This document shows positions 37,436 to 47,242 of a stretch of 64,000 bases of DNA, piece by piece. Position numbers and translations under genes: made by a program. The notes under the pieces were generated by a model. It made no database searches, had not been told where the DNA came from, and saw nothing but the letters and a program-made list of their open reading frames with translations. The stretch is from Chthonomonadales bacterium (lineage in GTDB: Bacteria > Armatimonadota > Chthonomonadetes > Chthonomonadales > CAJBBX01), in the NCBI GenBank assembly GCA_037443035.1, contig JBBIPC010000018.1, positions 1 to 64,000 of the forward strand. Direction: 5' to 3'. Numbering within the stretch: position 1 is the first letter of the stretch; each line of letters starts with the position of its first letter.

Positions 37436-38742
37436 TCCGGAAGATACTGGAGCTGTCGAAAAGGTGCATTCGATGCGGCTTCTGCATGGAGGCATGCCCT
37501 ACCTACAAACTCACTGGCAATGAGGCCGCATCGCCACGTGGCCGTATCCGTCTGATAACGTCTGTCGTCGGGGAGGGCACGCCCCTCACGGCTGATATTC
37601 TGCATAGCATTGATCTGTGCCTCGGCTGCAGAGCCTGCGAGACGGCGTGTCCTTCGGGAGTTCGCTACGGAGCCATCGTCGAGGCCTTTCGTGCGCACGT
37701 CGAGGAGCACGGCCTGCGGCAACGTCTGCAAGCGGCCGCGAAGCGAAGTCTCCTTGGCATGATGGAACGCCCTGGACTCTTCGCGGCTTCCTTGGCGTTA
37801 TCGGCTGCAGCAGCGAGAATCAAGGGACTAGGTCCCGTGCCATCGCCGCTTGCGCGTGCGTTGACGGGCGGTGACAGCGAACCCCTCATGCCGGTGACGG
37901 ACAGTGCAACCCATGTGGGCTCGCTACCGGCTTACAGCCCGGCTTTCGGAGAACGCCGCTTCACCGTCTGTATGCTCCAGGGTTGCGTCATGCGCGTTCT
38001 GTATGACCGAGTCAACCGTGCCACGGTCCGTATGCTTCAGCGTGCGGGATGCGACGTGATCTGTCCGCCAGAACTTGGGTGTTGCGGAGCACTGGACCTG
38101 CACGCCGGACTGCATGCACGGGGCGCTGAGCTGGTGCGTGCGTTCCTCTCCACGCTTCGCCAGCGTGGTTTCGACGCCGTCATCAGCAACTCGGCCGGGT
38201 GTGGCTCCACTCTTCGCGAATATCACGAGCTTCTGGCTGAGGACCCTGTCTGGAGCCATGACGCCGCTGAACTCAGCGCCCGCGTTCGAGACGTGTCCGA
38301 GTTTCTGTGGGCCGTCGGATTGCCTGCGCCCCAGGCACCTTTCGAGGCGACCGTTACCTACCATGACGCCTGTCACTTAGCCCATGGACAGGGCATTACC
38401 GAAGCTCCGCGAGCGCTTCTAGCCAGCGTTCCAGGGATCACGCTCGTTCCACTCCAGGAGTCGGATATGTGCTGCGGTAGCGCAGGCACCTACAATCTCA
38501 CACAGCCAGACATGGCTCGGCGCCTCCTGGAGCGCAAGGTGGACAACATCGCTGCCACCGGCGCCTCCGTAGTCGCCATGGGGAATCCCGGCTGCATGGC
38601 ATGGATCGAGACTGGCTTGCGCGATCGAGGACTGCCCATCAGGGTTATGCACGTCGTAGAGATTCTCGATGAGGTCTACTCGCACGACATGCTCCTCGGT
38701 GCTGTGTCCTCACCGACGACCACGAACACGAGCGTAAGGTGA
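37432..38742 (+). CDS. glcF: Glycolate oxidase iron-sulfur subunit
   Basis: CIRCGFCMEACP, SPRGR, CLGCRACETACPSGV.YG, two CCG domains, YHDACHL and NPGC. Confidence 0.9.
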   Translation: MIRKILELSKRCIRCGFCMEACPTYKLTGNEAASPRGRIRLITSVVGEGTPLTADILHSIDLCLGCRACETACPSGVRYGAIVEAFRAHVEEHGLRQRLQAAAKRSLLGMMERPGLFAASLALSAAAARIKGLGPVPSPLARALTGGDSEPLMPVTDSATHVGSLPAYSPAFGERRFTVCMLQGCVMRVLYDRVNRATVRMLQRAGCDVICPPELGCCGALDLHAGLHARGAELVRAFLSTLRQRGFDAVISNSAGCGSTLREYHELLAEDPVWSHDAAELSARVRDVSEFLWAVGLPAPQAPFEATVTYHDACHLAHGQGITEAPRALLASVPGITLVPLQESDMCCGSAGTYNLTQPDMARRLLERKVDNIAATGASVVAMGNPGCMAWIETGLRDRGLPIRVMHVVEILDEVYSHDMLLGAVSSPTTTNTSVR

Positions 38743-38839
38743 CCACGCGACTGCTCCCACACCGTTGTCAGCCCGCAAGGCAGACGGCTGATTGCCAGTC
38801 TTCCAAGCAGGCGCGAGTATTACACCTAGGACTGGAAGT

Positions 38840-40711
38840 ATGCCTAATGCTCAACTGATCGCCGCGGTGCATCAAGCGAGAGAGCAGCGTCTCTTGAGCG
38901 CCGAGGCCGCAGACAACCTCGTCCGTTGGCTGACCGAGCCAGCATATCGGGCCAGCGTACCGGAAATCGCTGCGCTCATCCACTCGCAAGCGTGGGATGT
39001 ACTCGAGGATGGCTTCTATACGGTTCTTCCCTTCGGCACGGGCGGGCGCAGGGGGCCACGCGGAGTCGGCCCGAATCGGATCAACGCCCGCACGATCGCC
39101 GAATCGGCACGAGGTCTGGCTGACTGGACAATACAGCACCACGGACCGAACAGCTCTATCGTCATCGCCTATGACACGCGCCACGCCTCGACGGAGCTAT
39201 CTCGTGTATGCGCGGAAGTCGTCGCCGCTTCTGGGCTGACCGCGTACCTCTACGATGGATTCCGACCAACGCCGCAACTGTCGTTCACGGTGCGGCTGCT
39301 GGAAGCCGGGGCAGGGATCGTCATTTCTGCGTCCCACAATCCGCGCAGCGACAACGGCTTCAAGGCCTACGGACCCGACGGCGGCCAGCTCGTACCGCCC
39401 GTAGACGCGGAAGTGATGGATGCGGTGGAGAGAACCATGGGCAAGGATATCCCGCGTCTACCCCTCGAAGAGGGTGTCCGCCAGGGGTGCATCCGGATGC
39501 TCGGGGAGCGCGAGGATGTCGCGTACCGAAGTGCAGTCCTTTCCACTTCGCGAAGCACGAGGCGTGCTGCGCGAATCGTGTATACACCGCTTCATGGTGC
39601 TGGCATTCGTTCCGTGCTACCCATCCTTCATGCGGCAGGCTTCGAGGACGTCCACCTGGTGGAGGCCCAATCCGAGCCTGATGGTGACTTCCCCAATGTG
39701 CGCAATAACATCCCGAACCCAGAGGAGCCTGCTGCCCTGGCTGAGGCCGCGGAACTGGCTGCGCACCTCGGGGCTGACATAGCCATCGGGACCGATCCCG
39801 ACGCAGACCGCCTTGGCTGCGTCGCCAAGCGGGTTAGCAGCGACCAGACCTGGGATCGGCTGACCGGCAATCAGATCGGTGCGCTGCTGTGCCATTACGT
39901 CCTGAGTGAACTCAGCCGCCAGGGCCGCCTACGACCAGACAACCTCGTCTTGACGACAACGGTGACGTCTCCTATGATCGGCAAGCTGGCACGATTCCAC
40001 GGTGCTGGTGTCATCGAGGACCTGCTCGTCGGTTTCAAGTATGTCGCCTGTGTCATGGCGGACCTGCCGGATCCTGGCCGCGTCGTGTTCGCATGCGAGG
40101 AAAGCCATGGATATCTAGGCGGTTCCTACACTCGCGACAAGGATGGAGCGGGGGCCGCTCTTCTCCTCGCCGAGGCGACCGCACGCGCAAGGGAGGAGGG
40201 CGGAGACCTCTGGCGGACTCTCGACCGCATCTTTGAAATGGTCGGATATCACTGCGATCTCATGTACCCGCATCTCAGCCCTGGCAAGTCCGGCATGGAG
40301 CATATTGCTCGGATGCTCGCAGGTCTGCGAGCGTCTACGCCCAGGAGCCTCGGGAGTCTTGACGTCCTGCGCGTGACCGATAGGTTGGATGGAACAGTCT
40401 ATGACGTAGATGGCAACGTCATTGGCCGATTCGAGCCGATCACGGACCCTGCTACCGGCGTCGTCCTTCAGGGTCTGCTTCCGGCTACCGACAACCTGCT
40501 CGTCTATGACCTGGCCGGAACCGGTTCACTTGCCGGCGTCCGGGCTGCTGTCCGTCCGTCCGGCACGGAACCAAAGTGCAAGTTCTACGCCTCGGGATGG
40601 ACGCTACCTGGGCCAACCTCCCCGGCAACGAGGCGCCAAGTGGATGCGCAGACGCAGCGTGTGGTGGATGAACTGCTGGCCTATGCCCTGGCAGTGGCCG
40701 AAACAGGCTAG
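38840..40711 (+). CDS. Phosphoglucomutase/phosphomannomutase family phosphosugar mutase
   Basis: FGTGG.RG, ISASHNP, DPDADR, EESHG and RPSGTEPK.K.Y. Confidence 0.93.
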   Translation: MPNAQLIAAVHQAREQRLLSAEAADNLVRWLTEPAYRASVPEIAALIHSQAWDVLEDGFYTVLPFGTGGRRGPRGVGPNRINARTIAESARGLADWTIQHHGPNSSIVIAYDTRHASTELSRVCAEVVAASGLTAYLYDGFRPTPQLSFTVRLLEAGAGIVISASHNPRSDNGFKAYGPDGGQLVPPVDAEVMDAVERTMGKDIPRLPLEEGVRQGCIRMLGEREDVAYRSAVLSTSRSTRRAARIVYTPLHGAGIRSVLPILHAAGFEDVHLVEAQSEPDGDFPNVRNNIPNPEEPAALAEAAELAAHLGADIAIGTDPDADRLGCVAKRVSSDQTWDRLTGNQIGALLCHYVLSELSRQGRLRPDNLVLTTTVTSPMIGKLARFHGAGVIEDLLVGFKYVACVMADLPDPGRVVFACEESHGYLGGSYTRDKDGAGAALLLAEATARAREEGGDLWRTLDRIFEMVGYHCDLMYPHLSPGKSGMEHIARMLAGLRASTPRSLGSLDVLRVTDRLDGTVYDVDGNVIGRFEPITDPATGVVLQGLLPATDNLLVYDLAGTGSLAGVRAAVRPSGTEPKCKFYASGWTLPGPTSPATRRQVDAQTQRVVDELLAYALAVAETG

Positions 40712-40715
40712 CCCT

Positions 40716-43208
40716 TCACGGTTGCAGCCGCCACTCGAGGATGCCTCCGCTGAAGCCAGGCTTGAGTTGCACTTCCAGGCGCACGGCACTGGCGGTCACG
40801 GGCTGTAGAGTGACCGACGAGAAGCCATCCCGCCGTATTTCGTAGGTGCCCTGGATCTGAGCCTCGCGCCACGTTCCGTCGGCCATCAACAGGATCTTCC
40901 AGGATTCTGGGAGCCGACAGCGACCACCGACTGGCTCATCATCGAACCAGTACACCGCGCACCCGCTCACGACACGCGGCTTGGCGAAGCTGTATTGCAC
41001 CCACTCGCGGGTACCGAGATGATCCCACCATGTGAAGCGAGGGATCGTGGTATCCGCCGATGACTTGGGGAGAACGCCATCGCCCAGCGCTGACAGCGTA
41101 TCTGCAGGGTTGACCCACGACGCCGACGCTCCGGGCGGCGCATCCGGCCAAGGACGTGAGTCCTTGCCGAGTCCGATGATCGGGAACGCCGAGATTCTCA
41201 GACGTGCGCAACCCATGGGGATCAGCGTTGCCTCCACCTCGGGCTCACGGCTCAGTATCGGCCCGCGCTGAACCTCTCCGACCAAGTTGTTGCTTTCGAG
41301 GCGCCAGTTCGGAATGGGCCGCACCCGCGTACGGAGGAGCACGGGCGCTCGGTCCCACCGGAAGGGCTGTTGGCCGTCTACGAGTGGACTACCCTTCACC
41401 ACGGTGAAGCTCCGTTCGGCTTGGCGGGAGTCGATCACTAAGCCCACGTTCCACAGGGTGGCCGGCCAGACCTCGAAGCCTGGCCACGATCTCCCCGTGT
41501 CGTACCGTTTCCATTGCTCGGCGATGCGGAGCGAATACGTGAGCGGTCCGCGCTGTACCGATGCCGTGTTGCGGTTCTCCGGCCACATGATCACCCTGAT
41601 GCGCATGGGAAGCGTCAGCCGTACCGCATCGCCACTACGCCACCGCCTGAGAAGCCTGATCCACTTACCGGCAGCCTTCCCTCCCACTCTCCAAGCGATG
41701 CCATTGACATGCACCGTAGGAGCCTCGCACCAACCTGGCACGCGCAGGTAAAGCGGGAAGTCGGTGGAGCGCGTCACCTTGACTCTCAGGGCTATCGTCT
41801 CGCCGAAGGGGTAGTTCGTCGCACTCTCGAAGGTGGCGACCGCACCGTCGCCAACCTTAGCAGTCACTCGCGAGGGCGCGTACAGCACGGCCGCCAGACC
41901 ACGATCCCTAGTAGCCATCCACAGGTGCTCTGCATAATACGGCCACCCGAACGCAACATTGTGCTGACAGCAGCGGTATTGCTCGTACGGAGTGTACGAG
42001 AACATATCACCGCTGTTCTGAATCATGGGCGCTTTGTTGGACCGGTCCAGCACGACTTGATTAGGGCACGTCAAGTAGTGTAGAGCTTTCAGGTCCGGTG
42101 CAAGCGAAGCGGGAAAGGAGTTCAGTGCCACGTCTTCGCAGCGGTCCGCCCAGACCGTATCCCCCGTAATCCGGACGAGTTCCTCGCAGCTGTACATCAT
42201 CTCCACGAACGAGCATGTCTCGGTGCCTTGGCGTGGACCGTTGTAGCCTGGACGCGCATTCTCGTCGGCACCGTACATGCCGCCAGGTACCTGGCCGTAG
42301 GCGCGTCGCATCTCCTCGTAGTTGCGGATCGTTGCGGCCAGGTGACGACGGTCATGCGACTGCTGGTAGTACTGCGCAGGCTCACGGAAGCCCTGTGCGA
42401 AGTTGACGCCGTGGAGGCTTGCAATCCCCTTCTCCCACGGCGCCGTGCTCTCGTGGTTTCTCCTGGCTAGGTCCAGGAGCCATGACTCGCCAGTGCGGTT
42501 GTAAAGCCAGTAGATGCTGTCGAGATTGTCCCCTCCGCGGACATGCTGCCAACTCGCCGCAAGAAACTGCCCCGCCGGCAGGCTTGCCTGCCAGCGAAAG
42601 TACCGTTGCATGAAGGGAATGACCCGCGGATCGCCCGTCGCTTCGTGTAGCGACCTCAGAGCGAAGAGCACCAGCATGTTCGGCCACAGGTCGAGGCTCT
42701 TTCGATTTCTTTCTGGTCCAAAGTAGCCGTCAGGGCGCTGCGATGCGAGGATTGCATTCAGCCAGCGCATGGCACGGGCACGATGGGTCGCATCGCCAAG
42801 AACGAAGGCCAGGTCCGTGTAGCCTTTCAGCCAATAGGGCATTTCCTCCCAGCCGTACTGCCCTTCCCCGTCTGGGTGCGCCCAGGCGCTTTTCTCGAAA
42901 TCGCACCAGGGGCTGATCTCCTCCATATGGCCTACCATGCCGTCACGCTCCAGCACGAGTTGGGTTCGGAGCCAGCCCAACGCCGTAATCGCGCCGATGG
43001 GCAGTCTTGCCAGAGGCACTGGCGCGAGCGGCGGGCGGTTGGAGGGATAATGGGCTGCCCGTGGTTCTGCAGGAGGCGTCGCGACCAGCACAGCACGTTG
43101 TGCCCTCCCCTCCGGAGGCCGAACTGGGGACAGGGCAAGCTTCCTACCTGGCGCAAGTACCAGGCAGCCAAGAGCGACAGCGACCATCCTTGGCGCGAAT
43201 GATGTCAT
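40716..43208 (-). CDS. Secreted GH127/GH146-like beta-L-arabinofuranosidase-family protein with C-terminal beta-sandwich
   Basis: Signal-like N-terminus. GWL..QL, GWEEMPYW, HGVN, ETC..VE, E....N, CCQHN, YPF, LRVP.W, RGPL.Y and LIP.G.ARLRI. Confidence 0.85.
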   Translation of the reverse strand: MTSFAPRMVAVALGCLVLAPGRKLALSPVRPPEGRAQRAVLVATPPAEPRAAHYPSNRPPLAPVPLARLPIGAITALGWLRTQLVLERDGMVGHMEEISPWCDFEKSAWAHPDGEGQYGWEEMPYWLKGYTDLAFVLGDATHRARAMRWLNAILASQRPDGYFGPERNRKSLDLWPNMLVLFALRSLHEATGDPRVIPFMQRYFRWQASLPAGQFLAASWQHVRGGDNLDSIYWLYNRTGESWLLDLARRNHESTAPWEKGIASLHGVNFAQGFREPAQYYQQSHDRRHLAATIRNYEEMRRAYGQVPGGMYGADENARPGYNGPRQGTETCSFVEMMYSCEELVRITGDTVWADRCEDVALNSFPASLAPDLKALHYLTCPNQVVLDRSNKAPMIQNSGDMFSYTPYEQYRCCQHNVAFGWPYYAEHLWMATRDRGLAAVLYAPSRVTAKVGDGAVATFESATNYPFGETIALRVKVTRSTDFPLYLRVPGWCEAPTVHVNGIAWRVGGKAAGKWIRLLRRWRSGDAVRLTLPMRIRVIMWPENRNTASVQRGPLTYSLRIAEQWKRYDTGRSWPGFEVWPATLWNVGLVIDSRQAERSFTVVKGSPLVDGQQPFRWDRAPVLLRTRVRPIPNWRLESNNLVGEVQRGPILSREPEVEATLIPMGCARLRISAFPIIGLGKDSRPWPDAPPGASASWVNPADTLSALGDGVLPKSSADTTIPRFTWWDHLGTREWVQYSFAKPRVVSGCAVYWFDDEPVGGRCRLPESWKILLMADGTWREAQIQGTYEIRRDGFSSVTLQPVTASAVRLEVQLKPGFSGGILEWRLQP

Positions 43209-43384
43209 GCTCGTTCTCCCGATAGGATCGTTCCCGTGGCAAACGAACGGTACTGGAGGATGATATTAGTTTCTGCGGCATCGCTCGAGGTACCTGCGTG
43301 TGCAGCGGGCACGCTCCGTTATCGCTGGAGGTTCCGTAGGCTACATAATGGGATCAGGACACGACAACAAGGAGACATGTCATC

Positions 43385-44323
43385 ATGGCTGAGACGGTGT
43401 TCAGAGCGAGCATCCCGGGACTAACGCCGATTTCGTCGGGCAAAGTCCGAGAACTCTATGATCTTGGCCCCACAGTGCTGATCGTAGCAAGCGACAGAGT
43501 TTCGGCGTACGACTCGGTGATGCCGACTCCCATCCCTCTCAAAGGAGCGGTGCTCACGTCCCTGTCCCGATTCTGGTTCCGAAAGCTCCGGCCATTCGCA
43601 GTAACGCACTACATCACGACGGACACAGATTACATTCTTGGCGAGCTGGAACGGGCAGGGGTCTCGCCGACGGTGGAACTGCGTACGGCGCTGGAGGGAC
43701 GTTCCATGCTGGCCGTGAGAGCTGAGATGCTTCCCGTCGAATGTGTAGTAAGGGGATACATCTCAGGATCGCTGTACGCCGAGTACTGTGCAGCAGACGG
43801 GCCCAGGAAAGGTGCCGTTGTCCACGGTCTGAGGTTGCCTGCCGGCTTGAGCGAATCGGACCGTCTTCCCGAGCCTCTCTTCACGCCTGCCACTAAGGCG
43901 GCAACGGGACATGACATGAACATCAGCTTCGACCAGGCTGCGGACATCGTCGGCAAGGACCTGGCCACGCAACTCCGAGATACGAGCATCCGCGTCTACG
44001 CAGAGGCCGCTCGCATAGCACTGGAACGTGGCGTCATCATCGCCGATACCAAGTTCGAATTCGGCCTGCACAACGGTGTCCTTACCCTTGCCGACGAAGT
44101 GCTAACTCCGGACTCCTCCCGTTTCTGGGATGTATCGAACTATGAGCCGGGCAAGTCGCAACCATCCTTCGACAAACAGTACCTGCGCGACTGGCTCGTT
44201 GCATCCGGGTGGAACAAGGAACCGCCTGCGCCTGAGCTACCGCACGACGTCGTCGCAGAAACATCGCGGCGCTACGTCGAGGCATGCCAGCGCATTACAG
44301 GGCTGCCACCGCGTACTCGCTGA
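43385..44323 (+). CDS. purC: Phosphoribosylaminoimidazole-succinocarboxamide (SAICAR) synthase
   Basis: GKVRELY, SDRVSAYD, PVECVVRGY.SGS, FTPATKA..GHD.NI, ADTKFEFG, DEVLTPDSSRFW and FDKQ.LRDWL. Confidence 0.97.
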   Translation: MAETVFRASIPGLTPISSGKVRELYDLGPTVLIVASDRVSAYDSVMPTPIPLKGAVLTSLSRFWFRKLRPFAVTHYITTDTDYILGELERAGVSPTVELRTALEGRSMLAVRAEMLPVECVVRGYISGSLYAEYCAADGPRKGAVVHGLRLPAGLSESDRLPEPLFTPATKAATGHDMNISFDQAADIVGKDLATQLRDTSIRVYAEAARIALERGVIIADTKFEFGLHNGVLTLADEVLTPDSSRFWDVSNYEPGKSQPSFDKQYLRDWLVASGWNKEPPAPELPHDVVAETSRRYVEACQRITGLPPRTR

Positions 44324-44359
44324 CCTCGGTACCATCTTCCAACGTATGGACACGACGCT

Positions 44360-47242
44360 TTGAGACCGGAAGTTGCGTGGTTGGGGTGGGACAGGCCCCT
44401 GCTCCAAGCAGTTACCGACTATCTGGCGCAGCAATGCCCCCCGAAGCATCACGAACGTATGCCGGAGCTGGCTCCCCAGTGGGATCTCTCCAGCGTTGTC
44501 GTGGCTGCCCCGAGCGCGCGGATGGGCAGACGACTTCTGGACTTGCTTGCAGGCCGAGCGCAACACTCCTGGGACCGTGTCGCTCTAGCTCCTCCACACA
44601 CCGCCACGATCGGCGCGCTACCCCGTGTGCTGGGGCGCTGGACCTGCCCCGCAGCCAATCGCTTCGAAGTCCTCCTCGCCTGGACCATTGCCATGAAATC
44701 GCTGCCTGAGGTGACGGCAGCCGTGGTGCCGGCAGCAGCGACAGTCCAGGGCTCGGGCGATTGGCTGTCCATCGCCAGAAGGCTGGCTGCATTGCACGAC
44801 GAGCTTGCCGTCGAAGGATCCAGCATGCCGGGAATTGCGCGCTACTGCAGCAAGCGACCGGACCGGCGAGACGAACGGCGGTGGAGCGCGCTGGCCCGAT
44901 TGGAGGAGCGCTACCTCTCGGTGCTTTCTAGCCATGGGTTCTCCGATCCTGCGGACCTCGCATCCCTGGCAGTGGACGCTGGCGATAGCGTCCGGACGGT
45001 CTTGATCGTCGGTGCTGCCGAGATCCCGCATGCCATTGCGCAGTTCCTCCGGCGTCTGCCAGTACCCGTGCGGTTTCTCGTGCATGCGCCATATGAGGAG
45101 CGATTATCCTTTGACGAACTCGGCAGCGTCCGGCATGAGGTCTGGCTCCATCGCCAGCTTCCTATTGCAGATGACCACATTCGCCAAGCTGAGCTCCCGC
45201 GCGATCAGGCACTGGAGGCGCTTGCCTTCCTTGGCGACTTTGCTGATTCTGTAGGGCCCGACGAATGCTCTGTTGGTCTCGGAGACCAGCGACTTCTCCC
45301 GTTCGTCAAGAGAGCATTCGCGGCTGCCGGCGTGCCGATTCATGCCGCTTACGGCAATCTCCTGCTGCAATCACGGCCGATGCAGGTGCTCGGACTTCTC
45401 ACCGACTACCTTACCAATCGTGACGCAGAGAGCCTGGCAGCCCTGGTGCGTCATCCCGATCTAGAACGCTTGCCTAGTGCCCGCTCTGGCATGACCAACC
45501 TCTTGACGCCTCTTGACCGTTACCGCAAGGAACATCTTCCGCCAACTCTTGCCTCTCATCCACCTGACGCACCGGAGGCTCGGGTCAACGGCAAGCTGGA
45601 CGCCGTTTCTGAGGTAGCCGAGAGCCTTGTCGGACAGCTCGGCGAAGAGCGCCGACCTTTGAACCGATGGGCAGCGCCCCTCGCAGACGCTCTCGCTATG
45701 ATCTACGACACGCTAGGAACGGATCCTGCCGCGAGCGAGGTCGAGAGCGGCGCGCGTTCGCTCGATATGCCGACTCTCCTCGCGGAGAGCCTGCAAGAGA
45801 CCGCGAACCTCCTAGCGGAGATGGCAAGCACGAGCGACGACCTGGCCCAGGCTGAGCCCATGGGCGCTGCCGATGCCATTCGCCTCGTCCGCCGACTGGC
45901 TCTGGACGTTGCGGTACCCGACCCTCCGCGTGAACGTGCGGTCGAGGTGCTGGACTGGTTCGAAATGCACGGAGATGACGCCGAGATCAAGGTAGTGCTT
46001 GGCATGAACGAAGGTGCGGTGCCAGAGCCAATGACGGGTGATCCGTTCCTGCCCGATAGTCTGAGGCGGGACGTTGGCATACCGAGCAGCGAGTCCCGGT
46101 ATGCCCGCGATGCCTACCTGCTGACCGCCATGGTTCAATCCACGCCTCATCTTGCTCTAGTCGCAGGGCGAACGTCCGCAGACGGCGACCCTGTCTCACC
46201 GAGCCGTCTACTACTTGCCGTCGCTGGGGAAACCCTTGTCCGCCGCGCCCAGCGACTCTTCGTGAGCAGCACGGATTCGCCGACGAGGATCTCACTCCTG
46301 TTCGCGCCGAAGGCCACCAGCAGCTATTCTCCAGTTCGTCCCGGTTCCGGCCCATGTCTCCTCCAGCGCCTCCATGTGACTGCATTCCGGGACTACCTTG
46401 CCTGTCCGTACCGCTTCTACCTGAAGCACGTTCTCGGACTCGAATCGGTGACTGATCGTGCAGAGGAAATGGACCCAGCGCTGTTCGGTTCCCTGCTGCA
46501 CGACGTAATCAGCATGTTCGCTCAGGAAGATCATTCCGGCGCGGACGTAGATGAAGTTCGGCATCGGCTTCGACAGATACTGGACGAGTTGGCCAACAAG
46601 CGTTTCGGCCACTCACGGCTTAGCACCGTGGATCTGCAGCTTGCCCAGGCCGCACGGCGTCTCGATCGCTTCGCAGCGTTTCACTGTGCTCATAGGGACA
46701 AGGGATGGCACGTGCTCGCCGGAGGAATCGAGCGGGAGCTGGTGTTGGATCTGGATGTGGATGGTGAACCGTGCCGCATCGAGGGGCGAATCGATCGGAT
46801 CGAGCACAACGTCGCATCCGACGAGTACCTGATCCTGGATTACAAGAGCCCAGACAGCAGACCGGATCCAGATGCGTCGCATCGCCGCAAAGAGGCCGAA
46901 AGCTGGAAATGGACGGACCTGCAGCTACCACTCTACCGGCTCATGGCAATGCATCACCTCCTGCCTCCTGGTTCGCGAGTGAGGGTCGCTCTTCTGTGGC
47001 TACCTCCGCAGTACACTGGTCCTGATGGTATGTTGGTGGAGGCGCGCTGGGGCGAAGAGGACTTCGTCTCGGCAGAGAACTGTGCACGCGAGGTTATCCG
47101 CAAGATTCGCCGCGGCATCTTCTGGCCACCTGCTCAGGAACCACCGCCTTTCGAAGACGGTCTCGCAGGGATCTGTATGGACCGCTGTGCCCAGCGCCTT
47201 ATGCTGCATCGCAACGCGGAGCCACCATGGAGCGAGGCGTGA
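44360..47242 (+). CDS. addB: AddB-like PD-(D/E)xK nuclease subunit of a DSB-repair helicase-nuclease
   Basis: Inactive helicase-like body (GMNEG..P, FLPD.LR, RD.Y.L, PSRL) and C-terminal Y.ACPYRFYL, G...H, GRIDRI, ILDYKS, QLPLY. Overlaps the UvrD gene. Confidence 0.75.
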   Translation: MRPEVAWLGWDRPLLQAVTDYLAQQCPPKHHERMPELAPQWDLSSVVVAAPSARMGRRLLDLLAGRAQHSWDRVALAPPHTATIGALPRVLGRWTCPAANRFEVLLAWTIAMKSLPEVTAAVVPAAATVQGSGDWLSIARRLAALHDELAVEGSSMPGIARYCSKRPDRRDERRWSALARLEERYLSVLSSHGFSDPADLASLAVDAGDSVRTVLIVGAAEIPHAIAQFLRRLPVPVRFLVHAPYEERLSFDELGSVRHEVWLHRQLPIADDHIRQAELPRDQALEALAFLGDFADSVGPDECSVGLGDQRLLPFVKRAFAAAGVPIHAAYGNLLLQSRPMQVLGLLTDYLTNRDAESLAALVRHPDLERLPSARSGMTNLLTPLDRYRKEHLPPTLASHPPDAPEARVNGKLDAVSEVAESLVGQLGEERRPLNRWAAPLADALAMIYDTLGTDPAASEVESGARSLDMPTLLAESLQETANLLAEMASTSDDLAQAEPMGAADAIRLVRRLALDVAVPDPPRERAVEVLDWFEMHGDDAEIKVVLGMNEGAVPEPMTGDPFLPDSLRRDVGIPSSESRYARDAYLLTAMVQSTPHLALVAGRTSADGDPVSPSRLLLAVAGETLVRRAQRLFVSSTDSPTRISLLFAPKATSSYSPVRPGSGPCLLQRLHVTAFRDYLACPYRFYLKHVLGLESVTDRAEEMDPALFGSLLHDVISMFAQEDHSGADVDEVRHRLRQILDELANKRFGHSRLSTVDLQLAQAARRLDRFAAFHCAHRDKGWHVLAGGIERELVLDLDVDGEPCRIEGRIDRIEHNVASDEYLILDYKSPDSRPDPDASHRRKEAESWKWTDLQLPLYRLMAMHHLLPPGSRVRVALLWLPPQYTGPDGMLVEARWGEEDFVSAENCAREVIRKIRRGIFWPPAQEPPPFEDGLAGICMDRCAQRLMLHRNAEPPWSEA

